Positions 39,381 to 48,490 of a stretch of 64,000 bases of DNA are shown here, one piece after another. The stretch lies in contig JAWCFL010000006.1 in the NCBI GenBank assembly GCA_038858525.1, positions 3,442-67,441 on the forward strand, in the 5' to 3' direction. The position numbers were made by a program, and so were the translations under genes. Each line of letters opens with the position of its first letter. Position 1 is the first letter of the stretch. The notes under the pieces are model-generated. The model was not told the DNA's origin and did no database searches. It saw nothing but the letters and a program-made list of their open reading frames with translations. Source of the stretch: Candidatus Jordarchaeales archaeon (GTDB lineage: Archaea > Asgardarchaeota > Jordiarchaeia > Jordiarchaeales > Freyrarchaeaceae).

Positions 39381-40556
39381 TTAATTTTTTATAACTATCC
39401 GTTCCACCTCGGCTAAAGCCTCATGGGTGGCTTTCGCCGCCAACGGTAAAGGACGGCACATGGAGAGTTTTCCAGCTATGTTCCAAGCGGCGACCAAGTG
39501 TCTATCTGCTTGGAAGCCGCACCGCCTGCATTTGAAGACGTGCCCATTCGGCTTACTAATTTCGCCACACATCGATGTCCTAGAGGTGTTTTCAGGCTTA
39601 ACGGTTTCAGGCTTAAAGCCATGCTCCATCCCCTTATAGGAGATGTAGAACTGGATTCTTCTGAATGGTATGCTGTGGAGCCTCCTATTCATCACCCCAC
39701 CATACCGAATCCTCTCCCTTATGTGGGTGAGCTCCTCCATTACAGGCTTAACGTTTTCCTCGGCAACCACACCAGCTACAATCTTCGCCGCCCTATGAAG
39801 TACGTCGTTCACCCTCCGCCTCTCCCTCCCAGAATACTTCGATAACAGCTCAGCTTTTGTCTCCCCCGAGGTCTTACCCTGAATGCTCCTCCTCTTCCTG
39901 AAGTACCTGCCTCTAATGTGTTTCGCCTCACTTATATCTATCTTGATGAACCTGACCTTACCCGGCTTCACAACAGCCAAGTCTATACTACACTCGTTAA
40001 CATCGATGCCCAGCACGCCTTCGGACTTTCTCTCCTCAACCGTCCTCCTAAAAGTAACATGAAGATAGTATTCGTTATTAAATTTTACAAGCCTTGAGCC
40101 TTTAACCTGCCAACCCATGAACTTCATCGAATGCTCATGAACCCTGAACGGAATCGCGATGTGTCCTTTGTGCGTAGCCAGCCTTACGCATCCCCAACTG
40201 AACCAGAACAGGTGGGCGTCGTCCAAAAGAATGGTGTTTAGTTTCTCAATTCTTGGAGGGTTAATTTCCCCCCTCTTCCTAGAGAGCCTCCTGTAGGACT
40301 TGAATATGCTTAGAGCTTGTGTTATAGCCGTATAAATGTAATGGGATGGGTGGTTCGGATACTTCGTCCTCAGCTCCTTATAAATTGCTTCATGAAGCCT
40401 CCTACGTGAGGTCACATTTAGATTCATAGCCCTATCTAGGCATGCTTTAACCATTTCGGAATAGCTCTTGAAGAGATCCTCGAGAACGATTGCTTGTTCA
40501 TCGTTGGGCTGGAGCTTAAACTTGCAGGTCTCATTCAGCAATAAGCTGCCTGACAC
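39381..40556 (-). CDS. tnpB: TnpB (IS200/IS605/IS607-family OrfB; RuvC-like RNA-guided nuclease), apparently intact
   Basis: 391 aa. RuvC-I is GIDVNE and RuvC-II is a Glu in VMEELTHI. The zinc finger is CGEIS...CRRCGF, followed by RuvC-III ADRHLVAAWNIA. Confidence 0.85.
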   Translation of the reverse strand: MSGSLLLNETCKFKLQPNDEQAIVLEDLFKSYSEMVKACLDRAMNLNVTSRRRLHEAIYKELRTKYPNHPSHYIYTAITQALSIFKSYRRLSRKRGEINPPRIEKLNTILLDDAHLFWFSWGCVRLATHKGHIAIPFRVHEHSMKFMGWQVKGSRLVKFNNEYYLHVTFRRTVEERKSEGVLGIDVNECSIDLAVVKPGKVRFIKIDISEAKHIRGRYFRKRRSIQGKTSGETKAELLSKYSGRERRRVNDVLHRAAKIVAGVVAEENVKPVMEELTHIRERIRYGGVMNRRLHSIPFRRIQFYISYKGMEHGFKPETVKPENTSRTSMCGEISKPNGHVFKCRRCGFQADRHLVAAWNIAGKLSMCRPLPLAAKATHEALAEVERIVIKN

Positions 40557-40559
40557 TCT

Positions 40560-41164
40560 TAACCACCTTCTCGTACTTGTGGCTTCTCAAACCATAGAGC
40601 TTTTCAGCAAAGCTTGAAACCAAAGCGATGAGATCCTCTATTGATAGGCGTCTTTAGGCTCTTCACCATTAACGACTTTGATTTTTACGTTGTGAGGGGC
40701 GAAGTAACGCTCTAGGTGTTTGAAGCCGAACCTCGTAAGCCTATCCTTAAAAGCTATTCTTGAAAGCTATTATGACGGCTCCTACCTCTCTTTTCTCGAC
40801 CATATCAAAGATCTTGTTCAGGGACTTTCTGTTTTCGTTGAGCCTGCTTGCCGCGTCCTCTAAGATCGCGATAACTTCATTTTAGGTTTGGCGTAACTCG
40901 GTAAACTTTGCTTTTGCCTCTCTAGATCTCCTTTCTGTTTCTGGTCATGGGGGGGAACTCTGGTATAAATCACGGCTTTTTGGGCGTGTCTGGTTTGGCG
41001 ATGCCCATCAAACGTTCAACTTCACTTTCAGGTATCCTCCTCCTACCACCAACAGTCCTAACAACTCTAATTTTACCTTGTTTATCCCATTTTCTAAGCG
41101 TATTTGGGTGAATGCCTGATCTCTCGCAGGCTTCGCTGAGCGTCAGCAACCTCTCAATCATCAT
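40560..41164 (-). pseudogene. tnpA: Decayed IS607-type serine recombinase TnpA. The MerR-like HTH N-terminus is intact as a 64-aa ORF and the resolvase domain is broken by stops and frameshifts.
   Basis: The HTH is LTLSEACERSGIHPNTLRKWDKQGKIRVVRTVGGRRRIPESEV. Downstream frames translate to resolvase-like segments (AVIIAFK..LTRFGFKHLERYFAPHNVKIKVVNGEEPKD; EDLIALVSSFAEKLYGLRS) that are interrupted by stops. Confidence 0.6.
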
Positions 41165-41427
41165 ACAAAAATGTTAAGAAGTGTTATATAAAGTTATCTA
41201 TTCAGGAACTGATGCAAACCCTCACCGAAGCAGAACCTCTACTAGGCGACAACAATGGAGCAGCGCAGCCTCAAAGCGCCACTCATGTCCCCTCCTAAAC
41301 CAAGAATAATAGGTCACAGAGTGGGGATGCAGAATTTCCTCTCCTTCCCTGAGAAAGAAAGGTTGGCACTCCCTTTTTGGGTCTAAGTTTTTATTTTTCT
41401 TTTTCTAAGTTTAGTTGGGTGTGACCG

Positions 41428-43254
41428 TTGAGCGGGTTGAGTGACCGGAGGAGTCTCTTTTTCACTGATTTTGATGGGCGCTTCAGAGCTAGGCTGAGCA
41501 AGGTTGAGCCTGCTAGAGCTGCGTCGGACGAGCGGCTTGGCACGTCTGCTCCATACGCCTGCACGGTGCTCGTCGAGTACGATAGGGAGCTGCTGAGGCT
41601 TCTCGACGTCGGCATGCTTCTCGCAGTCAGGAACTTTAAGAGTGGGGGAGGAGTGGAGCGCTACACCCTCATGGAGCTGTCCCGCTTCTGGCCTGAGCAC
41701 TTCGGCCTCATGGGTGTTAAGGAGCACCAATATTTCCCCATGCAGTTCGAGGTTATAGAGCAAACAGTCCAGGACTGGGAGACTGAGGATAAGGCGACCA
41801 TGGCTATATACATTTCAGCGATACCTGTGAACTACGACCTCGTGGTCTCGGGCGAGTCTGCAGAATATGTTCGAGGCTTTTCCTATCCTGTAGTTGGCGA
41901 GCAGGTCTATGTCCTTAACAGGGAAATGATAAAGAGCATGTATAACCGAGGCGTTGCAGATAAGGTTCAGGGGGAAGGAGGGCACGTTGGGAGCCTGAAG
42001 ATGTTCGAGTCCGCAGGCGAGGAAATCCCCATATACGTCGACTATGAGTCCCTTGTCCGGTACCACTTTGGCATATTCGCCTTTACTGGAGGCGGGAAGA
42101 GCAACCTGCTCGCGACTCTTATAAGGAAGATAATGCGCCACACTCGGGACACGAAGGTCATAGTCTTTGATATATCCTGCGAGTATCCCTTCCTCCTCAT
42201 GGACCTATTAGCGGACCCATCGATTCCATCCATGGTTGTATTGGAACGGATGGTCGACTCGCCTCAGGAGTTCAGCCTCTCCATAGTTAAGCCGAAAAGG
42301 TACGAAAACGACCCGCGCGTCCTTAAGGGGCTCGGAAGGATCCTTTCTATGGGCAGAGTTACGCACCTTGTGAGGCGTAGCGTTGAGACGCCAACGTTCG
42401 CAGACATATTTCAGACACTCGATAGCTTAGCGAGCGCGAACGCTGATAAGCCAAACTACGTGAACGCCATCACCGAGATAAGAATGTTCACGGACAGCTA
42501 TATGACGTCTAGAGGTTACGTGGAGGAGGACGAGATAGACGAGGAGTACGTGAAACACCTGGACGAGCACGTGGACTACTTCAGGTCAACCTACTCGATC
42601 TACGAGAGAAGCAACCTTTACGGGTGGATTTCCTCCCTGAAAACGATATACTCGAAGATCAAGGAGAGGAGCGCTGAGGAGGAGGTTGCAGGGGGAGTCG
42701 CCCCGAAAACAATATCCGAAAAGCTGTTCGAGAGCGACCTAAGACTCATATGCCTATCGATAGGGGACCCCGAAACCATCAAGCAACTGACGATAAACAC
42801 CGTCAGAAGCGCCCTATCTAGGAGAAAGAGGGAGTTCAGCGTTAAGCCATATATCCTCTTCGTCTGGGATGAAGCGCAGGAGTTCGCCCCCGCCCCCGAC
42901 AAGGCAAGAGGAGTAGAGAAAACATGTTCCGAGGAGGTTGAAAGGCTCCTCAGGCAAGGGCGAAAGTACGGGTTGGGAGGATGCCTCGTAACGCAGCGCA
43001 TAGCCCACCTGAACACCTCAGCCCTACAGCAACTCCACACATACTTTGTCGGCACTCTCCCGAGACCCTACGATAGGGGACTGATCAGCAACACATTCAT
43101 GGTGGACAGGGAGATCCTCGAAAGGACACTGGAATTCACGCCCGGAGAATGGCTCCTCTCAAGCTACATCGCAACAGGAATAACCAACGTGCCGATATTC
43201 ATAAAGTCGGAAGACACCGAGCAACAACTAGACAAATTCATGAACACATTATGA
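41428..43254 (+). CDS. HerA-like (DUF87, FtsK-HerA superfamily) ATPase with an N-terminal HAS-barrel-like domain
   Basis: Walker A is FAFTGGGKSN and Walker B is ILFVWDEAQEF. The C-terminal GRKYGLGGCLVTQRIAHLNTSALQQLHTYFVGTLPRPYD matches the HerA consensus. 608 aa. Confidence 0.7.
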   Translation: MSGLSDRRSLFFTDFDGRFRARLSKVEPARAASDERLGTSAPYACTVLVEYDRELLRLLDVGMLLAVRNFKSGGGVERYTLMELSRFWPEHFGLMGVKEHQYFPMQFEVIEQTVQDWETEDKATMAIYISAIPVNYDLVVSGESAEYVRGFSYPVVGEQVYVLNREMIKSMYNRGVADKVQGEGGHVGSLKMFESAGEEIPIYVDYESLVRYHFGIFAFTGGGKSNLLATLIRKIMRHTRDTKVIVFDISCEYPFLLMDLLADPSIPSMVVLERMVDSPQEFSLSIVKPKRYENDPRVLKGLGRILSMGRVTHLVRRSVETPTFADIFQTLDSLASANADKPNYVNAITEIRMFTDSYMTSRGYVEEDEIDEEYVKHLDEHVDYFRSTYSIYERSNLYGWISSLKTIYSKIKERSAEEEVAGGVAPKTISEKLFESDLRLICLSIGDPETIKQLTINTVRSALSRRKREFSVKPYILFVWDEAQEFAPAPDKARGVEKTCSEEVERLLRQGRKYGLGGCLVTQRIAHLNTSALQQLHTYFVGTLPRPYDRGLISNTFMVDREILERTLEFTPGEWLLSSYIATGITNVPIFIKSEDTEQQLDKFMNTL

Positions 43255-43692
43255 AAAACTAGAGAAAAATGGAATTTTTGACCAAAAACTCGCAGACCTC
43301 TCGCACAAAAAAGTTTTTCAACCCGCCTCTCAGTTAACGGAAGCCACTCGAAACACATCAATCTCGCCTCCGATGAACATACCCCCACATTCATAGGCAG
43401 CACCCCCTACTCTTTACGTGTAGCATTCCCGCTTTAGCCGCCCCCATCCCAGGCAGCAATTAAAGTTAAGTCATCCTCGCTGAACTCTTACGTTCTTAAT
43501 TTTTCAACAAGATGTTGAGTCTACTACTTGGCCACCATCAATGAAAACCTTCTTTTTGCAAAAATCGCATAAAAAAGAGACACTAATGCTTTCTCGTCAC
43601 ACATCGCTTAAATCTTTCGCTTAACTACTGCATGATTTGAATGTTTTTATGAGAAAATATATTTTCAAAAACCATTTATAAAAAATCGGTGA

Positions 43693-44169
43693 GTGATGGA
43701 GGATGAATTTATGCACGAAGCGCAAAAGAGAATTGTGTGCATGTTTTTCGTATTGCTTTTAGCATCCGCCCTAACACTCAGCACGGCAGCCTCCTCTGTG
43801 AGCGCAGACACCCAACAGGCTCTTGCTCCTAGTAGCACTGCATCAGCTCAAGCCGCCCAAGGTGGAATTTCGCCTTCTGCTTTACCACTATGCTTCGACT
43901 TGATAGGAGCATTATCCGCCGCTCTGGGTGCAGTAATTAACGCCATTGTTAGTGGAGTTCTCGGAGCAATGGGCAACGTGATAGGCGCCTTAATGGCTGG
44001 GCTTGCCAGCTTCATCGCCGGAATAATTGCCAGCATAGTCTCTGCTGTTTTAGGCGTTATTGCCACAGTAATCGTGGCGATAATCGCAGCTTTAATCGGA
44101 GGGATATTCGGGGGAGAAAAACCCCAAAGCGAGCAACCCGGAGAAAACGCGACAGCACATTTTCTCTAA
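43693..44169 (+). CDS. Secreted or membrane glycine-zipper hydrophobic peptide (158 aa; signal peptide plus GxxxG/AxxxA-rich helices)
   Basis: The N-terminal signal-like segment is CMFFVLLLASALTLSTAASSVSA. A stretch of about 75 aa follows (LIGALSAALGAVINAIVSGVLGAMGNVIGALMAGLASFIAGIIASIVSAVLGVIATVIVAIIAALIGGIFGG), made of stacked small-xxx-small motifs. Confidence 0.4.
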   Translation: MMEDEFMHEAQKRIVCMFFVLLLASALTLSTAASSVSADTQQALAPSSTASAQAAQGGISPSALPLCFDLIGALSAALGAVINAIVSGVLGAMGNVIGALMAGLASFIAGIIASIVSAVLGVIATVIVAIIAALIGGIFGGEKPQSEQPGENATAHFL

Positions 44170-44745
44170 AATCTCTCTGAAGAATCGCTGAACGAGCCTG
44201 ACTTCAAAAGCGTTAAGCATCGAGGACTTTGGTTAAATCCATCACGTGCTTTTTTCATTCTTTTTGTTACATCCAAAATATTGAGACATACAAATAAATT
44301 GAGATATAAAGTGAGGAATAAACTGCAAAGTGCATCGTCAATCAATAATAGCATTTTTGGCCCTAGATTCTTGAACGGCAAGGTTCCTCGTAGTTAACAC
44401 GGAATTTCTCCGCCGTTCCTAAAATCTGACCTGGCAACTGCACTTCACCATTCCCCACCATAGTTACAATTTTTTAACCTTCAACTTACTTGGTTTTTCT
44501 GAGAACGAGCACAGAAACGCACACTGAAAGACCTCGAAGTAGTTTATCATCAGCGAATTCAAATGCAGGCGTTCAGCGCCTTAGCGCACCTTAAAGCCCT
44601 AAAGTTAACATTAACTGTTTCTAGGTTGCTAAAATATTCTCCATGAACACTCCACAAGAGAAAAATCATCTTCGCAAAGGGGGGTTAATAAACAGTTTCT
44701 ATCTAATATAAAGTTTATTATCTTGCATATAACTTTGGTGACCTT

Positions 44746-46760
44746 GTGCCTGAGAAGCTCTACACTAATGGTGAGGTTGCGAGGACTTTCGGGGCTTCCT
44801 ATGTCGCTGTTAAGAAGTGGGCTTATTCTGGTAAGGTTAGGCTTATTAAGACGCCTGGCGGGAAGTATAGGTTTCCCGAGAGCGAGGTAAAGCGGCTTCT
44901 TGGAGGGCGGACTCCGAAGGGAAGGGCTGTGATTTACGACAGAGTGGGTGCAGCTGACCAGTGGGAGGATTTGGAGAGACAGAAGCAAAGGCTCATTAGG
45001 TATGCCAAGAGTAGCGGCTACAGGATATAGTGGTTCTTGAGGACATAGCTTCCGGGTTAAACGAAGAATAGGAAGAGCTTGATGAGGCTTTTTGAAGTGG
45101 TTTCACAGAAACAAGTGGAGGTCGTCTTCATAACATAGGGATAGGCTTACAAGGTTCGGCTTCAAGTATTTAGAGGCATTCTTTAATTCTCATGGCTGTA
45201 GAATAGAGTGCTTAGATGCTGAAGAAGTTAAGGAGCCACAACAAGAGCTTATAGATCTAATAGCCATAGTTACGAGCTTTGCTGGGAGAATCTATGGAGC
45301 GAGAAGCAATAAGAAGCGGAGGGTTGTGGAGGCTGTTGAGCAGACGATTAGAAACAATTAAACTAGCGGCGAGCTTCAAGCTGAATGGTTTTGTGCCAGA
45401 CCGAGTTATTCCAAGCCTACAGGCAGATATTAAGCGAGCTCTTAGACTATGCCTGCGATAGGGGAGTCTCAAGCTTTAAGCGCTTAAAGTCCGAGAAGTA
45501 TTGTGACTTAAGGGCGAGGTACCCGAGCTTGCCTATATCAGCAGTTTCGTGGTATATAGGTTTAAATAGAGGTTGATTACTTTGTTCTTAATGATGTCTA
45601 CTCTAAAACCTGCCCAGTCTGTTCAGGAAGCATGGCTTCCTATCCGGGCAGGATATTAAACCTTCAGATGCGGGGAGAAGGGTTCCCCCAAAGAGCCCTC
45701 AATGAGTTAATCGAGGGGGAAGGGTTAAGTAGGAATGAAGGTAACAATTCACTATGTATTCCTACTTAACTCAGAACCCTTCACACTACATTTATACTGC
45801 ATGCCCGATGGCATGCTTAATATACAAATCCTTCAGGAAGCTGAAAGGGAGGAATAAAGTTAGGTTAGGTCTGAAGCCGCTATTCAGGAAAGACGTTATA
45901 ATGCTCGACGACCACCTATTCAGCATGAACCTCGATAAATGGGAAGCTCCCGTTGCAACGGAAGCTGGGAGAATAGTGTTCAGAATCCTTCATGGAACAT
46001 GTCATGAGAAGTTCAGGGGCATGAAGGTTGGGCAAGCATGGCTCGTCAGAAGGCGCGATGGCCATTATTTGAAGGTTGTCTTCAGCAAGACCGTAGAGGT
46101 TGCTGAACCTAATGGGAAAAAATTGGCTATAGACGTAAATGAAGCAGCGTAGCCTACGGCACGGAGAACAAGATAGGCGTCCTTAAGACTGGCGAGAAAG
46201 CCATAAGGACGGCATACTTCCTGAAGATGCGTAGACTCCAATCCAAACTGAGGCTCAACGAGAAGCCGATACTTGCGAAGTATAGGGGTAGAGAGACGAG
46301 GAGGGTGGAGGCAATCCACCATAAAATCGCAAACAGTCTCATCGAGGAGGCTAAGAGACAGGGCTGCACAACAAAATAGTCCTCGAAGACCTCAAGCACA
46401 TCAGAAGACGCATAAGAAAATCTAAAGCTCTTAACGGCAGATTGAATAGGTGGGGCTTTCAGAAAACTCCAGCACATCATAGAATACAAGGCTAGCTTAA
46501 TAGATTAAGCGTATTTTATGTTAAAGCTGGGAGCACATCAAGTCTATGCCCAAAATGCAGGGGCAGGCTAAGCCCAAGCGGGTATAGGCTGATGAAGCGC
46601 CCAAGATGCGAACTGGAGGAGGACAGAGATATAGTAGCCGTGAAGAACCTCCTCCAGAGAATCCAGATAGATGTGCCGGCTTCACCCGTTCACGGCGAAA
46701 GCCCTCCCATGAAAGGAGGAAAGAAGAAATGAAAGTTAACACTGGATCAGAACGGCAGGT
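44746..46760 (+). mobile_element. Decayed IS607-like element B, inverted relative to element A. It has a TnpA remnant (44746..45030 HTH plus YDRVGAADQ, with the catalytic Ser replaced by Gly) and a TnpB remnant (45754..46740, N-terminal fragment plus a frameshifted zinc-finger region).
   Basis: The HTH MPEKLYTNGEVARTFGASYVAVKKWAYSGKVRLIKTPGGKYRFPESEVKRLL parallels the element A TnpA. The TnpB-like fragment is KLAIDVNE, with a later CPKCRGRL...RCELEEDRDIVAVKNL in another frame. Confidence 0.55.
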
Positions 46761-46912
46761 GAGCAAGAGAAGAAGAATCTATCACCTCTTTGTCGCAGCG
46801 AAAACATGCAACTTAATTGGAACAGCGTTTTTAGACAGGAACATTTGCTCTCACGATACATCCTTTTTAGTTACATGTCAGCCACATCTGTCCCTAGGAA
46901 CTCACTTTCCCT

Positions 46913-47971
46913 CTAATATATTTCTTCTTCACCTTTTTTTCCCTCCCCGGCCATTACCTTGACCTTCTCTTCCTTGACCTTCTCTTCCTTGACCTTCTCT
47001 TCCTTGACCTTCTCTTCCTTGACCTTCTCTTCCTTGACCTTCTCTTCCTTGACCTTCTCTTCCTTCCCGATTTTCTTTCTCAGCTTCTCATCCAGTATTT
47101 TTAGTACCTCTATGGCATACAGGCTTCTGCCGCAGTAAGGGCACTCGATGACGTTGCCGCTTTCAGGAAGCTTTAGTTTTCCTCCACAATGCGGGCATGC
47201 AATCTCCTCAATTATTAATCCTCTGGTTTTTAGCAGCAAGCGTATATGTTCGTAGCTCTCTTTTTCCTCAAAAAACACGCCGATTTCTGAAGCAAGCTGA
47301 TCAAGACGCTCATCGAAATCTTTCCTGAGTAACTCCACTTTCTCACCCTGAGCTTTCACTATGTTCGGCCACTCCGCTTTAAGCTTCCTGTATTTATATT
47401 CAACATTGTCTAAATTCGAACGCAGTTCGTCATTAAGCTTATCTACGGCCTTTTTTATCTCTCTTCCTTCCTTCTTCAACATTTTTATTTCCTTACGAGC
47501 TGTGGGACTTATCAGTGGAGACAACACATAAAGAATGTGGGCACCGTATAACGCTAACCCAAATAACAGACCAGGCAATCCATAGCTATAAATAAGTATA
47601 ACAGTAACAAGGAAAATTGAGGTATGCAAGCAGCACACAAAGAGCTTTCTAAACCTATCCTTTGCTTGATTCACGTACATCATTAACGCGTCTTCTAACT
47701 CGTGAAGCTTATAAGTTAAAGCCTCTATTTCCGGCGTATACTTATTTCGTAATTCGTCGCATTCTTTTACTTTCGCGTAATCTAAGCCTCGCACCATTAA
47801 CTCATACTTTCTGCTTTCATCATTAAGGACACGTAAATCCTCGGCCAGCTTCCTTAACTTGCCTCTTAGCTCAGGCGCAAGCTCCGTGTACTCGAAACCG
47901 TACCCCAACTTCGACTCAAGCATCTTTTTTATTTTTCTCTCGTTCTCCCTAACCCGCTCATCATAATACAC
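46913..47971 (-). CDS. Coiled-coil membrane protein with a C-terminal zinc ribbon and a 7x EEKVK tandem repeat
   Basis: It has a long heptad-like N-terminal region and central TM helices (LFVCCLHTSIFLVTVILIYSYGLPGLLFGLALYGAHILYVLSPLI). The zinc ribbon is CPHCGGKLKLPESGNVIECPYCG, followed by (EEKVK)x7. Confidence 0.5.
   Translation of the reverse strand: MYYDERVRENERKIKKMLESKLGYGFEYTELAPELRGKLRKLAEDLRVLNDESRKYELMVRGLDYAKVKECDELRNKYTPEIEALTYKLHELEDALMMYVNQAKDRFRKLFVCCLHTSIFLVTVILIYSYGLPGLLFGLALYGAHILYVLSPLISPTARKEIKMLKKEGREIKKAVDKLNDELRSNLDNVEYKYRKLKAEWPNIVKAQGEKVELLRKDFDERLDQLASEIGVFFEEKESYEHIRLLLKTRGLIIEEIACPHCGGKLKLPESGNVIECPYCGRSLYAIEVLKILDEKLRKKIGKEEKVKEEKVKEEKVKEEKVKEEKVKEEKVKEEKVKVMAGEGKKGEEEIY
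46963..47067 (-). repeat. Perfect 15-nt tandem repeat x7 (cttgaccttctcttc on the plus strand, gaagagaaggtcaag coding), encoding (EEKVK)7
   Basis: Direct reading of the sequence. Confidence 0.9.
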
Positions 47972-48490
47972 GCTCGATATTCGTCTCCCCCCATTTCAGT
48001 TAGCCAACTATTGTAAATTCCCTACCATCCTTCATAAACTTTTATGTTTTCATTTTTAAAAAGATTTTCTTTAATGTTTACCAGTGATATCGCATACATC
48101 ATCACCTTTAATAGCCTCCTTCTTACCCCGACGCCTCTAAGCGTCAATAGCTTCCATAACAACAATCACCGTTTTCTCTGTGTAGCTCACATAGAAGCTA
48201 AAAGGGGACACGTTTTCATACAAGAGACATTTTCACCGTCTCAGCTACCTCGTGAACACCACAACATACATGTGCAGACTAAAAGGGAAAGTAACGTTCA
48301 AGTAGGATGAAGCCCAGGGAACACGTAACTGCTACTAACACGGAAGGAGAACCTTTAATGTACCCGCCTAGAATCTTTTTAATAACCAAAAGGATGCCGC
48401 CAATTACCGTAGCGAACGGTAATTAAGAGAAATATTAAAAAGCAGAAAAAAATTAAAATAGTAACTGATAAAAGGATTTCTCTCTATTTT

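Larger units (their letters stand above)
39381..41200 (-). mobile_element. IS607-family insertion sequence (tnpA pseudogene + intact tnpB), element A. The ends are approximate.
   Basis: The serine-recombinase-HTH plus TnpB gene pair is typical of IS607-like elements. The element abuts the truncated M24 pseudogene. Confidence 0.6.

Noticed and set aside
41383-41763. 126-aa and 74-aa minus-strand ORFs overlapping the start of the HerA-like gene
   Set aside because: They are antisense to a well-supported CDS and to its upstream region, and they carry no domain signal.
46963-47067. Regular 15-nt direct repeats, considered as a possible CRISPR array
   Set aside because: The units are contiguous with no spacers. 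They are in-frame inside a CDS and encode (EEKVK)7. This is a coding tandem repeat and not a CRISPR array. No CRISPR-like repeat-spacer array was found anywhere in the window.
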